In this document: piece after piece, positions 19,932 through 30,404 of the stretch
How the letters are laid out: each line of letters starts with the position of its first letter
Position numbering within the stretch: the first letter of the stretch is position 1
From: Clostridiales bacterium UBA1234
Lineage (GTDB): Bacteria > Bacillota > Clostridia > TANB77 > UBA1234
Direction of reading: 5' to 3'
Length of the DNA stretch: 64,000 nucleotides
Assembly (NCBI GenBank): GCA_002308995.1
Contig: DBWQ01000006.1
Span: 22,874 to 86,873 of the forward strand
Translations under genes and position numbers: made by a program
The notes under the pieces: generated by a model
Told to the model about the DNA's origin: nothing
The model's database searches: none
Seen by the model: the letters and a program-made list of their open reading frames with translations, nothing else

Positions 19932-21551
19932 CTATATAACATGATATGACGTATTACCACCTATATATCTTTCTAAAATTAAAGCCATTTCTGCTCTCGT
20001 AATATTGTTATTTGGTCTAAACGTATTATCTGGATATCCCACAATCAACCCAGAATTATATGCCTTGATAATACTATTGGAAAACTTTTGTCCTCGAATA
20101 TCCTTAAGCGAAGTAGCAGAAAAATCATCCTCTAAGAAGACATCCATTAAGGCTACCACCTCACTTCTCGTAATTGCCTTATTCATATCAAGCTTTCCTG
20201 AGAAGATATTAGCAATCGTGCTAAATCCTGCATTGGCAAAATCACTATCTACATGATTAATCTGTTGATAACATCTCATTAAATAATCATAATCCGTCTT
20301 AGACCAATGGTTTTTGTCATAATCCATATAGTAATAAACAAGACCTTTTGGATCTGATGCAGTATCTTTATATCTTAAAGTCCTTGCAAGCATCGAGATA
20401 AACTCAATTCTAGAAATGTTGTTTTGAGGACCATATTTTTCTTCTGAATAACCTTTGACTACATCTAAACGATATAAGTAATCAATAGCACTTTTCGCCC
20501 AATCATAGCCTCCCAAGTCTAGAAAATTAGCTTGTTTTTCAGGAATCTTTTTAGCAGCTTCCATAAGCGATTCTGTGTAACTTATTTCCGTCAAATTAAG
20601 AATATCACGATTACTCATCGAAGGATTATAAAGTCCATTTGCCATATACTCATACTCTGCCGTATTTAGTTTGCAAAATGTCTTTAAATTTGGGATTCCC
20701 TTGGAAGGACCAGAATACACCATCGTAGGATCTACAGGAACCCACCCAAAATCTTGCAAATAAATCTCTGCCCATAAGTGATTACCAAGCTCTTTCACTT
20801 GTTCTCCGGAATCATTTAGTTCTTTTACTTGGACAAAATAACCTTCAACACATCTACTTGGAATTCCAATAGCACGGCACATAGAAACAAATAAAGTCGC
20901 ATATTCCTCACAAACGCCCTTCATCGTGCTTAATGCAGAAACGGCACCTTGATTTGAATATTCTGGCGTCATGTTGTACTCCATGTTCACATTGACAAAT
21001 TCAAAAATCGCTTGTGCTCTTTTATAGTCACTGGCAATCCCATCAGTAAGCTCTTTTGCCTTAGAAATGATTTCAGGATCCTCAGGAGCTACCATTAACA
21101 CTTCTTTTTCATTTTTATCTTTATCAAGATCAGTCCTTGTTTGCGTGTCAAAATAAATCTCATCACCCTCAAAGCGTTCTGTATTGGTACGGCTAGGAAT
21201 TAATTCTGCATAATCCTTTAAAATGTATCTTCTTGTCACCGTCACTTTAAATTTATCTTTCGGTTTAATCCCCGAAACATCAAAAAACGCATATTCATTG
21301 CCATACTCATCTATGGTAACCTCATCCGGCTTAGGAACAATAGTAAACTCTAGGTCATCTTGGTATTGTGTAAAGTCACCACTTCCAATGGCAATTTTAA
21401 CCCAAGCCTTTTTAAGAGCATAATCCTTTGTATTTTGGTATAAATACTCTTTTGTGACTATATATTCATTCTCGGTAGCCCAAACGCTACTAAGTAGCAT
21501 GACTCCTATTAACACAAATAAAAATAGGATGGTATTCATTGTCTTCTTCAT
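19932..21551 (-). CDS. secreted transglutaminase-like cysteine protease domain protein with C-terminal SLH domains
   Basis: Signal peptide, transglutaminase core GVCEEYATLFVSMCRAIGIPSRCVEGY...HLWAE...DPT, then three SLH-like repeats (ISRIEFISMLARTL, ITRSEVVALMDVFL, ITRAEMALILERYI). Confidence 0.8.
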   Translation of the reverse strand: MKKTMNTILFLFVLIGVMLLSSVWATENEYIVTKEYLYQNTKDYALKKAWVKIAIGSGDFTQYQDDLEFTIVPKPDEVTIDEYGNEYAFFDVSGIKPKDKFKVTVTRRYILKDYAELIPSRTNTERFEGDEIYFDTQTRTDLDKDKNEKEVLMVAPEDPEIISKAKELTDGIASDYKRAQAIFEFVNVNMEYNMTPEYSNQGAVSALSTMKGVCEEYATLFVSMCRAIGIPSRCVEGYFVQVKELNDSGEQVKELGNHLWAEIYLQDFGWVPVDPTMVYSGPSKGIPNLKTFCKLNTAEYEYMANGLYNPSMSNRDILNLTEISYTESLMEAAKKIPEKQANFLDLGGYDWAKSAIDYLYRLDVVKGYSEEKYGPQNNISRIEFISMLARTLRYKDTASDPKGLVYYYMDYDKNHWSKTDYDYLMRCYQQINHVDSDFANAGFSTIANIFSGKLDMNKAITRSEVVALMDVFLEDDFSATSLKDIRGQKFSNSIIKAYNSGLIVGYPDNTFRPNNNITRAEMALILERYIGGNTSYHVI

Positions 21552-21656
21552 TCGTACACGCTCCTCTTATACATATCTAATATTATTGTATTATTATTCA
21601 TTCATAAAAGCAATAGAAAAAACTAGAAATTCTTGTTTTTACTTTTTATCTTACAA

Positions 21657-21691
21657 GACAAAAAAAGTGACCGCTTCAAGCGGTCACTTTT
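21657..21691 (-). terminator. rho-independent terminator after the SLH surface protein gene
   Basis: Stem AAAAGTGACCGC/GCGGTCACTTTT with a 5-nt loop and a U6 tail on the minus strand. Confidence 0.85.
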
Positions 21692-21710
21692 ATCGACTGA
21701 CTAAAAAGTA

Positions 21711-24700
21711 TTATTCTTCAACCTCTAATACTTCATCACTTGTAATTGAAAATGTGTGAGCTGCTCTTGTAGCTTCAATAATATCTCCAATTAGTTCGTG
21801 TTTTCTAGAAACATCACTAAATCCAATCTTTGTCTTAGAATTTACATAGGCTGGAGCTCTTAGTAAGTATGCATTTACTAATTGAGCAACTTCAGCTCTT
21901 GTAATCTTTTCATCTAAGGTAAATGAAGGATCATCTTCGGTTAAGAATGGAAGCATATTTAATCTAGCAAGTAAAGTAACTTCTTCAATTGCCCAGTGTG
22001 TAAATACTTTCTTACCATCTACCATGTAATATTTCTTTGTATCATCATATTTCTTAATAAGTTCAGTTAATTCTCTGATTTCAAGACCTTCAATACCTTC
22101 ATCATTAGCTCTTTCTTGAATCATGCAAGCTAAAATCTTAATGAATTCAGCTTTTGTCATCTTTCCATTTGGTCTAAAGGTATAAGTACCATCATTTTCT
22201 TTATAACCATTTACTAAACCAGCAGCGGTAGCAACAGTAATTGCTTTTCTAGCTTCTAGGTATGTTTGGTTAATATCTGTGTACTTAGTTGTAATTTCGC
22301 TCTCACTTAAGCTATTGTAATCTAAATCGAAAATTCTAGCTAATACTAGAGCACCTTCAGCTCTTGAAATGAAGTGATCTGGTCTAAAGGTATCAGCGTT
22401 GGCATCACCAAACATGTATGGGTAATGATCAACATCGATTTCAACATCATAATCAGTAATGATATAGTTGATTACTGTAGAAACATCCATTACTTTTTTA
22501 CCTTTTAAGATAGAAGCAGATGGATAAATTGTTTCTGCATCATATTTAGATTTGCTTAAAGAAGTATATTTTACTTTCACAATTAAAGTACCTTTTTCGC
22601 CTTCTTCAATTCCGTTTGGGAAAGTCCAAACGATAGTATCTTTTTCAACTTTACCACCGTCAGCATCTACTACCTTGAATTCTAGAGGTAATTCTAATTT
22701 GATATAGCATTCTGTATCAATATCTTTACCACCATTCTTGTAATCAATGTAGTAAGTAACGGTTTCTTCTAATTCATAAATGTTCTTGTTTGCTTTTTCT
22801 GTTTCTTCAGAATCATTTCTTAGAGAAATTGCTAATTGGTCAAGTGCAATATCATCAATGTCATCATTTTCTTCCATCCAAGGCTCAATATCAAGATCAC
22901 CCTTTGGAGGAACAACTTCGTCAGCAATCTTAAACTTATAAGTCTTAACTGGAGTAGATGTACCATCTTCAAAGTTAGCAATCGCTGTTAAAACATATAA
23001 TGAACCAGCTTTTGCATCATCTGCAATCTTTAATTTTTGAGAAGATTTTGCAAAGTGTTGTGTATCCTCTGCCCAACGTAAATCTAGGCTTGTCGTTTTA
23101 TCAAGTGGTGAACCAGCAACTAAGATAATTGTACCTGGTGTTACCATCGTTACAGAACCTGGAGTGCAAACTCTACCATCAATAGAAGCAGTTACATCTT
23201 TGTCATAAGAACTTGGAACTTTTACATTAAAGGTATAAGTTTGAACTTTAGTCTCTGAACCATCTTTGAAAGAAGCATGAACTTCCATTACATATTTATC
23301 GCCATTTTTTGCATCCTTAGGAATAATGAAGTTAATTTTTTCATCTTTATGCTTTGTAGTCTCTCCATCTTTCCAGTGGATATATACCCAATCAATTTGA
23401 TCTGCTGGAGTTGTAAAGATAGCAACTGGAGCACCTGGTAAAACATCATGCTCGCTACCATCATTAATCTTGTTACCATTTAAAGTAACTTCTACTTTAC
23501 CATTAACAGGCTCAGCATCTTTCGTGATATTAATTGTATAAGTACCACTCTTTGAAGAACCATCTGTGAAAATAGCTTTTACATTCATAATATATTTTCC
23601 AGGTTGTTCAAGTGTTGTGCTTGCAGTATATGGTTTAGCAGTTGTAGCTGTAGAAGACTTGTTTAAGCCATTCCAATCTACTTCAATAGCAGTTACTTTA
23701 TCGTTTGGAGTAGCTGTTAAAACAATCTTTGCACCAACTTTTGCATCATAGGTATTACCAGATTTCATTGTTGTGCTATCTAATTTAGCTGTTAATTTGC
23801 CATCAACAGCAGGAACTTTTACATTAATCGTATAAGTACCAGTCTTTGTAGAACCATCTGTATAAATTACTTTTACGTTCATAATATACTTACCTGGTTC
23901 TGTTAAAGTAGTGCTTGCAGAAGCTAGGTGATCTGTACCAGCAGTTGTTGATTTATTAGCACCATTCCAGTCAATTTCGATTGCTGTAACTTTATCGCTT
24001 GGTGTACCTGTAATATCAATTTTAGCACCAACATTTGCTTCGTAAGTATTACCTGAAGTCATAGGATTACCATCTAATTTTGCCTCAAATGCACCATTCA
24101 CTGGTTCTTGCTTAATCGTAATGGTATAAGTACCACTCTTTGTTGTACCATTAGCAAATTTTGCGGTAACATTCATGATATATTTACCAGTCTCTGTAAG
24201 AGTTGTACTTGCTGTATAAGGTTTTTCTTTTCCTTGTGTTGTAGATTTATTAGCACCATTCCAATCAACTTCAATCGCTGTTACTTTATTGTTTGGAGTA
24301 GCTGTTAAAACAATCTTTGCACCTGGTGTTGCCTCATATGACTTGCCAGATGTCATTGCTGTGCCATTTAATTTAGCTGTTAACGCACCCGTATAGTTTT
24401 CTTCAATTTTAATTGTATAGCTTTCACTCTTGGTTGTATTATTTTTAAATGTAGCTTTTACATTTAATTTGTATTCACCAGGATTATCAAGTGTAAATTG
24501 TTTGAAAGAAGAGCTTGTCGTTGAAGTTGGATTTTCGCCATTCCAATTTAACTCTAACTTGCTTACCTTATCACTTGGAGCTGCAGAAATATCGATAGTA
24601 GCACCTGGCTCAGCAGTATACGTTTTGCCAGAAGTCATCTTAGAGTTATTTAATTTAGATGTAACAGAACCTGTATATTCCTCTTCTGGTACATAGAATG

Positions 24701-25349
24701 TAAATTGTTGAGGACCAACTTTTGTGCCATCAATATAATTAACTGTAGCATTCATGATGTATACTTGACCTGGCTCACAAGCAGTAAATTCACCTGAATA
24801 GTGTTTTACCATTTTTGTTTTTTCTTGACCACCAACAAAACCTACTGTAAAGCTTTCTGTTCTAGATGTTGGGTAAGAATATAAGTCAAATCTATCACCA
24901 TTTTTAACTTCATATCTGCCACCATTTTGAATAGTCTTGTCATTTAATGTAACTGTTAATTTGCTTTCCTTTACTGGAGTAAGGAATGTAAAGGTTTTGG
25001 TTGCAGTTTTAGAACCATCTTTACAATTAGCATAAACCTTTAAAACATACTTTGTGTCTTCTTGAATATTGTTAAATGGAATGGTCACTTGGCTCGTTTT
25101 CGAAGCTGGAAGTGGATCATTATTTCCCCATTGACAAACAATACCAGAAATTTGGTCAGCAGGTGTTCCAGTAACAACTACCTCACTGCCTTCTTTTAAT
25201 TCATAAATACCATTAGCAGCAATGCTCTTGCCATCTAATGTAAGTGTAACTGTAGCGCTTGTAGCAGCAACAACAGTTGCAACAGGAAGAATCGTCATAG
25301 CAAGCATAACGATACTTAAAATAAATGATATTTTCTTTCTAATATCCAT
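21711..25349 (-). CDS. SLH-domain cell surface protein (S-layer protein candidate) with eight tandem Ig-like modules
   Basis: Signal peptide, eight modules of about 95-100 aa (aa 32-811), a linker domain, then three C-terminal SLH repeats (FRPDHFISRAEGALVLARIF, FRPNGKMTKAEFIKILACMI, ITRAEVAQLVNAYL). It has a long AT-rich 5' leader and a strong terminator. Confidence 0.8.
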   Translation of the reverse strand: MDIRKKISFILSIVMLAMTILPVATVVAATSATVTLTLDGKSIAANGIYELKEGSEVVVTGTPADQISGIVCQWGNNDPLPASKTSQVTIPFNNIQEDTKYVLKVYANCKDGSKTATKTFTFLTPVKESKLTVTLNDKTIQNGGRYEVKNGDRFDLYSYPTSRTESFTVGFVGGQEKTKMVKHYSGEFTACEPGQVYIMNATVNYIDGTKVGPQQFTFYVPEEEYTGSVTSKLNNSKMTSGKTYTAEPGATIDISAAPSDKVSKLELNWNGENPTSTTSSSFKQFTLDNPGEYKLNVKATFKNNTTKSESYTIKIEENYTGALTAKLNGTAMTSGKSYEATPGAKIVLTATPNNKVTAIEVDWNGANKSTTQGKEKPYTASTTLTETGKYIMNVTAKFANGTTKSGTYTITIKQEPVNGAFEAKLDGNPMTSGNTYEANVGAKIDITGTPSDKVTAIEIDWNGANKSTTAGTDHLASASTTLTEPGKYIMNVKVIYTDGSTKTGTYTINVKVPAVDGKLTAKLDSTTMKSGNTYDAKVGAKIVLTATPNDKVTAIEVDWNGLNKSSTATTAKPYTASTTLEQPGKYIMNVKAIFTDGSSKSGTYTINITKDAEPVNGKVEVTLNGNKINDGSEHDVLPGAPVAIFTTPADQIDWVYIHWKDGETTKHKDEKINFIIPKDAKNGDKYVMEVHASFKDGSETKVQTYTFNVKVPSSYDKDVTASIDGRVCTPGSVTMVTPGTIILVAGSPLDKTTSLDLRWAEDTQHFAKSSQKLKIADDAKAGSLYVLTAIANFEDGTSTPVKTYKFKIADEVVPPKGDLDIEPWMEENDDIDDIALDQLAISLRNDSEETEKANKNIYELEETVTYYIDYKNGGKDIDTECYIKLELPLEFKVVDADGGKVEKDTIVWTFPNGIEEGEKGTLIVKVKYTSLSKSKYDAETIYPSASILKGKKVMDVSTVINYIITDYDVEIDVDHYPYMFGDANADTFRPDHFISRAEGALVLARIFDLDYNSLSESEITTKYTDINQTYLEARKAITVATAAGLVNGYKENDGTYTFRPNGKMTKAEFIKILACMIQERANDEGIEGLEIRELTELIKKYDDTKKYYMVDGKKVFTHWAIEEVTLLARLNMLPFLTEDDPSFTLDEKITRAEVAQLVNAYLLRAPAYVNSKTKIGFSDVSRKHELIGDIIEATRAAHTFSITSDEVLEVEE
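22917..25256 (-). repeat. eight tandem coding repeats of about 285-300 bp (Ig-like modules); modules 4-6 (23508-24395) are the most similar
   Basis: Recurrent protein pattern ...TAKL.G..MTSG.TYEA.PGAKI.LTATP..KVTAIEVDWNG.NKS...GKYIMNV.A.F..G..KSGTYTI.I. The DNA copies are visibly related but diverged. Confidence 0.85.
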
Positions 25350-25622
25350 TTTTTAAAACCTCCTAATTTCTTTAGTGTGTTTTCACTACCTAAATAATAA
25401 TAACACAAACCAAAACGAAAAGCAACAAAATTATGTAAATTTGTTAAGATTTTTCCATTTTTTACATTTTATTAACAAATAACCCATTTTTTTGCTACAA
25501 ATCCGCCTAGGAACAGTCCCATTTTACCATTAAAATAATCAAAATGCAACCTTTTCACATGAGAAAATCGAGTTTTTTTCTTGACTTTTGTAGCACCGAA
25601 TAATATACTTTATTTGTTCGTG

Positions 25623-25704
25623 CCGGTGTGGCGGAATGGCAGACGCACATGACTCAAAATCATGCGGGAAACCGTGTGGGTTCAAGTCCCACCACCGGTA
25701 CCAG
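25623..25704 (+). tRNA. tRNA-Leu (anticodon CAA), class II with short variable arm, encoded CCA
   Basis: Acceptor GCCGGTG/CACCGGT, anticodon stem CATGA/TCATG with the 7-nt loop CTCAAAA, variable stem-loop CGGGAAACCG, T arm GTGGG-TTCAAGT-CCCAC, and 3' ACCA. Confidence 0.9.
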
Positions 25705-25734
25705 TTAGGTATTTTTTATCGAAGCAATCAATAA

Positions 25735-25771
25735 GAGCACTAAATGGAAATCATTTCCATTTAGTGCTCTA
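25735..25771. terminator. 17-bp perfect hairpin between the tRNA-Leu (+) and the MBL hydrolase gene (-), likely a bidirectional terminator
   Basis: AGAGCACTAAATGGAAA-TCA-TTTCCATTTAGTGCTCT. A T-rich tract follows on the plus strand. Confidence 0.7.
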
Positions 25772-25793
25772 TTGTTATCCATTTTTTCCCATT

Positions 25794-26429
25794 TCATTCC
25801 TCACATCGATAAAATGCCTTTTCCTCTCGAATAATCGTTACAGCCCCATGGCCAGGATAAACGATGGTATTTTCTGGAAGTTTTAATAATTTATCTCGAA
25901 TTGAGTGAAGCATTGCCTCTTCTGAGCTAGTTTTTAAATCGGTTCTGCCATAGGTTCTTCGAAACAAAGTATCCCCTGTAAAAACAGCATCTTCGATGAC
26001 AATGCTCATCCCTCCAGCAGTATGGCCTGGCGTATGAATAATCTTTGCTTCAAGGTTCCCAATTTTTACCACGTCATCTTCTTTGAGTGTCACATCAGCA
26101 CAAATGGTATTTTCTGGTATTCCCAAGAAAGTACATAACGTTACTTCATCGTCTAATAAGTAAGGAGCCTCTATTTCATGAATTGCCACTTTAAGATGCG
26201 GATATTGGCTCTTTAAAGCACTTAGGCCTGCAATATGATCTGCATGGCAGTGGGTTAATAAGGCATATGCTAGCTTAATATTTCTATTTTCTACATAATT
26301 ATAGATTTTATCAATCTCCCCTGCCGGATCAATCACAACTCCTATCTTGGTTTCTTCATCCGCAACCACATAACAATTGGTAAATGTATCATTTTTCCCC
26401 ACAAGTACTCTAAACACTTTAAAAATCAT
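25794..26429 (-). CDS. MBL-fold metallo-hydrolase (glyoxalase II-like)
   Basis: THCHADHIAG motif plus downstream His and Asp ligands, 211 aa. Confidence 0.85.
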   Translation of the reverse strand: MIFKVFRVLVGKNDTFTNCYVVADEETKIGVVIDPAGEIDKIYNYVENRNIKLAYALLTHCHADHIAGLSALKSQYPHLKVAIHEIEAPYLLDDEVTLCTFLGIPENTICADVTLKEDDVVKIGNLEAKIIHTPGHTAGGMSIVIEDAVFTGDTLFRRTYGRTDLKTSSEEAMLHSIRDKLLKLPENTIVYPGHGAVTIIREEKAFYRCEE

Positions 26430-26454
26430 TTGTATTCTCCACCCTTATCATTCC

Positions 26455-28626
26455 TTATTTTTGACGATGGACATCATATACACTGTCAACTTTTCTAACG
26501 GCTTTAATAACCTTATTTAATTTCTCTATATCTTCTACTTCTAGCCCGACATTAATGATAGCGACACGATCATTATTGACGGTTCTAGCATTAATGGTAG
26601 TCATTTTTGCCTTTAGTTCTCCAATAGCCATGGTAATATCGGCAAGTAGGCCACTACGATCATTGGCATAAATCTCTAAATCAGCATTGTAAGAAGTGTT
26701 ATCTTCTTTATACCAAGAGACTTCAATCAAACGTTGTTCATCATTCATCAATTCTTTACAATTCACACAATCTGCACGATGGACTGATACCCCTCTTCCT
26801 TTGGTAATATAGCCAATGATTTCATCCCCTGGAAGCGGGTTACAGCACCTAGAAAGCTTTACCAAACAATTATCAATACCTTTCACTATCACACCAGACT
26901 TAGAGGCTTTGGTTCTAACAGCAGGTTTATACTCTCTTAATTCTTGGATCTTATTTTCTATTTCTTCTTCTTTATTTTCTTTTTTGTATTCTTCTAACAA
27001 TCTGGTAATAATCTTAGCTGGCGAAATAGCACCAAATCCAATCGCCGCATAGCAGTCTTCTAGGGTATTATACTTATATCTTTCTAGCGCTTTCGCCACC
27101 CACTCTGTTTTAAACAAATCTGCAAAAGACATACCAATACGTTTTAGTTCTTTTTCAATCAATTCTTTGCCTTTAATGATATTATCATCTCTACCAGCTT
27201 TTTTAAACCAATTTTGTATCTTGTTCTTTGCCTGCGTGGTTTTGACGATTTTAAGCCAGTCCCTACTAGGGCCTTTAGAAGAATCAGAAGTAATAATTTC
27301 TACAATATCTCCATTTTCAAGCGGTGTGGTAATAGGAACAATTCTACTATTGACCTTGGCACCCGTCATACGATTTCCTACTTGTTCGTGAATCATATAA
27401 GCTAAATCAATTGGTGTACTGCCTGCTGGTAATGGTTTAATATCACCTTTTGGGGTAAAGACAAAAACCTCTTCGTCAAACAAATCAAATTTAAGCTTAC
27501 TTAAAAACTCTTTATCATCATTCGTTTCTTTTTGCCATTCAATCGCCTCACGAAGCCATGATAGCTTTTCATCTGATGCCGTAACACTTTTTCCCTCTTT
27601 ATAGGCCCAGTGAGCAGCAATACCATATTCAGCAACCCTATGCATATCCCAAGTACGAATCTGCACCTCAAAAGGTGTTCCCTCGGTACCAATCAATGTA
27701 GTATGTAACGATTGATACATATTTGGTTTTGGCGTCGAAATATAGTCCTTAAATCTTCCAGGCATTGGTTTATAGAGTTCATGTACAAGACCAAGGGCAG
27801 CATAGCAATCTTTGACAGAATTTACAATGATACGCATTGCAAACAAATCATAAATTTGGTCTAAAGTTTTATTGTCTTTCATCATCTTACGATAAATGCT
27901 ATAAAAGTGTTTTGGTCTTCCATATACTTCTGCCTCAATTTTCACTTCTTTTAATTTTTGTCTAATTTCTACAATGATATCATTAATAAATTTTTCTCTT
28001 TCTTCTCTTCGTTTATTAATTCCTTCAACCAAATCAGCATACGCTTCTGGTTCCATATACAAAAAGCTTAAGTCTTCTAACTCCCATTTTACGGAATAAA
28101 TACCAAGACGATTGGCAAGTGGCGCATATAATTGCATGGTTTCTTTTGCGATGGCATATTTGCGATCATCACTTAAGTGTTTTAGTGTACGCATGTTATG
28201 AAGACGATCGGCCAATTTAATCATCAGTACACGGATATCCTTTGCCATCGCCATAAAAAACTTACGATAGTTTTCTACTTGTTCTTCTTCTTTATCTAAG
28301 TAGTGCGCAATTTTTCCAAGTTTGGTAACTCCATCTACCAAATTGGCAATTTCTTCCCCAAACTCGCTAATAATATCTTCTCTTGTCACACCCGTATCTT
28401 CTACCACATCATGAAGTAATGCAGCACAGATGGCATCATCATCCAGTTCAAGCGTTGTAACTATATACGCTACTTCTACAGGGTGAATAATATAGGGTTC
28501 CCCTGATTTTCGAAATTGTCCTTCATGATGAAGTTTGGCATAATCATAAGCTTTTAATATTAACTTAGAATTGGAACGCCTATTATACTTTTTAGCGTCT
28601 TTGATAACTTCTTCAATGGTTGCCAT
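26455..28626 (-). CDS. relA: bifunctional (p)ppGpp synthetase/hydrolase
   Basis: HD hydrolase domain (HPVEVA...LLHDVVEDT), synthetase domain, then TGS and ACT domains, 723 aa. Confidence 0.95.
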   Translation of the reverse strand: MATIEEVIKDAKKYNRRSNSKLILKAYDYAKLHHEGQFRKSGEPYIIHPVEVAYIVTTLELDDDAICAALLHDVVEDTGVTREDIISEFGEEIANLVDGVTKLGKIAHYLDKEEEQVENYRKFFMAMAKDIRVLMIKLADRLHNMRTLKHLSDDRKYAIAKETMQLYAPLANRLGIYSVKWELEDLSFLYMEPEAYADLVEGINKRREEREKFINDIIVEIRQKLKEVKIEAEVYGRPKHFYSIYRKMMKDNKTLDQIYDLFAMRIIVNSVKDCYAALGLVHELYKPMPGRFKDYISTPKPNMYQSLHTTLIGTEGTPFEVQIRTWDMHRVAEYGIAAHWAYKEGKSVTASDEKLSWLREAIEWQKETNDDKEFLSKLKFDLFDEEVFVFTPKGDIKPLPAGSTPIDLAYMIHEQVGNRMTGAKVNSRIVPITTPLENGDIVEIITSDSSKGPSRDWLKIVKTTQAKNKIQNWFKKAGRDDNIIKGKELIEKELKRIGMSFADLFKTEWVAKALERYKYNTLEDCYAAIGFGAISPAKIITRLLEEYKKENKEEEIENKIQELREYKPAVRTKASKSGVIVKGIDNCLVKLSRCCNPLPGDEIIGYITKGRGVSVHRADCVNCKELMNDEQRLIEVSWYKEDNTSYNADLEIYANDRSGLLADITMAIGELKAKMTTINARTVNNDRVAIINVGLEVEDIEKLNKVIKAVRKVDSVYDVHRQK

Positions 28627-28639
28627 ACACCCTCCATTC

Positions 28640-30328
28640 CTAAAGGCTCTTTTTTAAATCCTTTACATTCAGTTGAATTTTATCAGTATGATTAAAATGA
28701 TTTACTTCTAAATAATGAAGCACATCTACCTTATCTCCCACTTTAATGCTATATTGCATTTCTCCCATATTAAAGGCAATTGCATCATAAATTGCCGTAT
28801 TATCCTTTAAGATGAGCTTTAAATGTCTCTCGTTAGATAATAATCGGATTCCATCCACCTTCATATTTTTATAGATAAAAACGGGAACAGGATTTGCTTC
28901 GCCAAATGGCTCTAATACCTGCAATTCTTTTAGATGTTCCATTGAAATCATACTTGCATTTACTTCCGCATCTGCCATAATCGTAGGAGTCTTATCCTTT
29001 ATTAATTTTCCTTCTGCATATTGATTGATATCCTTTCGAAACTTTTCAAATTGTTCTTCTTGAATCGTAAGGCCAATTGCCATTTCATGGCCTCCAAATT
29101 TTAATAAATCTCCTCCACAGTAGGTTAACGCATCATGCAAATCAAACCCATCGATGCTTCTACCAGAGCCTTTTCCAATGCCATCTTCAAAGCAAACTAA
29201 CACAGAAGGTTTATAATACATCTCTGTGATTTTGGATGCAACAATACCAATTACTCCATGATGCCATCCATGTTCACCAACAACAATCACATTATCTTCA
29301 TATAACTTTTTTTCTTCAATCAATTTGATGGCTTCATCAATAATGCTTTTTTCTGCTTCCTGTCTTTCTTTATTGATAGTTCCTAATTGCTCTGCAATTT
29401 CTATCGCTTTCTTTTCATCTGTTGTTAATAATAATTCTAATGCCAAATCTGCCTTTCCCATTCTACCACAGGCATTAATACGAGGAGCAATCCCAAAAGA
29501 AATCATACTAGAATCAATTTTATGATATCCTGACTGCAAAATAATGGCTTTGAGTCCCACATTTCTTGTTTCTTTCATGAGCATAAGTCCAAATTTGACA
29601 ATGACTCGATTTTCCTTTACAAGAGGTACAATATCGGCTACCGTTCCCAAGCAGACGATATCAAGATATTTTAAATAACTTTTTCTATCCAGCTCTAGCT
29701 TATAAGCAATGGCTTGAATCAGCTTAAAAGCAACCCCTACACCTGCCAAGGCATTAAAAGGATAGGTGTTATCATTTCTTTTTGCGTCAACAACGGCAAT
29801 TGCTTCAGGTAATACTTCTGGGCACTCATGGTGGTCTGTTACAATCACATCTATTCCTATTTCTTTGGCATAGCTGGTTTCACTTGCTGCTGAGATGCCA
29901 CAATCAACCGTAATTAAAAGCGTTGTTCCTTGTTCTTTAATTTTTAAGATAGCTTCATTATTAAGGCCATAGCCTTCTTCTAGACGACTTGGAAGATAAT
30001 AATGAATATCCATTCCTAATTCTTTTAAAAACTGATAGACCACTGCCACACTAGTAATACCATCCACATCATAGTCACCATATACGGTTACTCTTTCTTG
30101 TTGCTCGCGAGCTTTTAGAATTCTCTCGACTGCTTTATCCATATCATTTAACTGAAACGGATCATTTAAATCAGTGATTTGAGGATTTAAAAAAGCCTTG
30201 ATTTCGTCTTCTTGCTCTAAGCCACGGTTTAATATAATCTTAGCAAGCAATTGGGAAATATGATTTCTTTCGGCTATCTCATCCACTTTGCTAGGATCCG
30301 TTTTATAGAATTCCCATTTTTTTATCAT
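28640..30328 (-). CDS. recJ: single-stranded-DNA-specific exonuclease RecJ
   Basis: DHH motifs (YGDYDVDGITS, VDCG, VTDHH) and a DHHA1 GGHEMAIG motif. Confidence 0.93.
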   Translation of the reverse strand: MIKKWEFYKTDPSKVDEIAERNHISQLLAKIILNRGLEQEDEIKAFLNPQITDLNDPFQLNDMDKAVERILKAREQQERVTVYGDYDVDGITSVAVVYQFLKELGMDIHYYLPSRLEEGYGLNNEAILKIKEQGTTLLITVDCGISAASETSYAKEIGIDVIVTDHHECPEVLPEAIAVVDAKRNDNTYPFNALAGVGVAFKLIQAIAYKLELDRKSYLKYLDIVCLGTVADIVPLVKENRVIVKFGLMLMKETRNVGLKAIILQSGYHKIDSSMISFGIAPRINACGRMGKADLALELLLTTDEKKAIEIAEQLGTINKERQEAEKSIIDEAIKLIEEKKLYEDNVIVVGEHGWHHGVIGIVASKITEMYYKPSVLVCFEDGIGKGSGRSIDGFDLHDALTYCGGDLLKFGGHEMAIGLTIQEEQFEKFRKDINQYAEGKLIKDKTPTIMADAEVNASMISMEHLKELQVLEPFGEANPVPVFIYKNMKVDGIRLLSNERHLKLILKDNTAIYDAIAFNMGEMQYSIKVGDKVDVLHYLEVNHFNHTDKIQLNVKDLKKSL

Positions 30329-30404
30329 ACCTTTCTCCTTATAATTCTTATTTTAATTTTATTGTATCGCAATCAAGAAGCAAATTCAAGATGATTTATG
30401 ATTG

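Noticed and set aside
25623-25704. Whether the tRNA in the window could be the frameshift-decoding tRNA
   Set aside because: It folds as a normal tRNA-Leu with a standard 7-nt anticodon loop (CTCAAAA, anticodon CAA), so it has no bearing on CGG.
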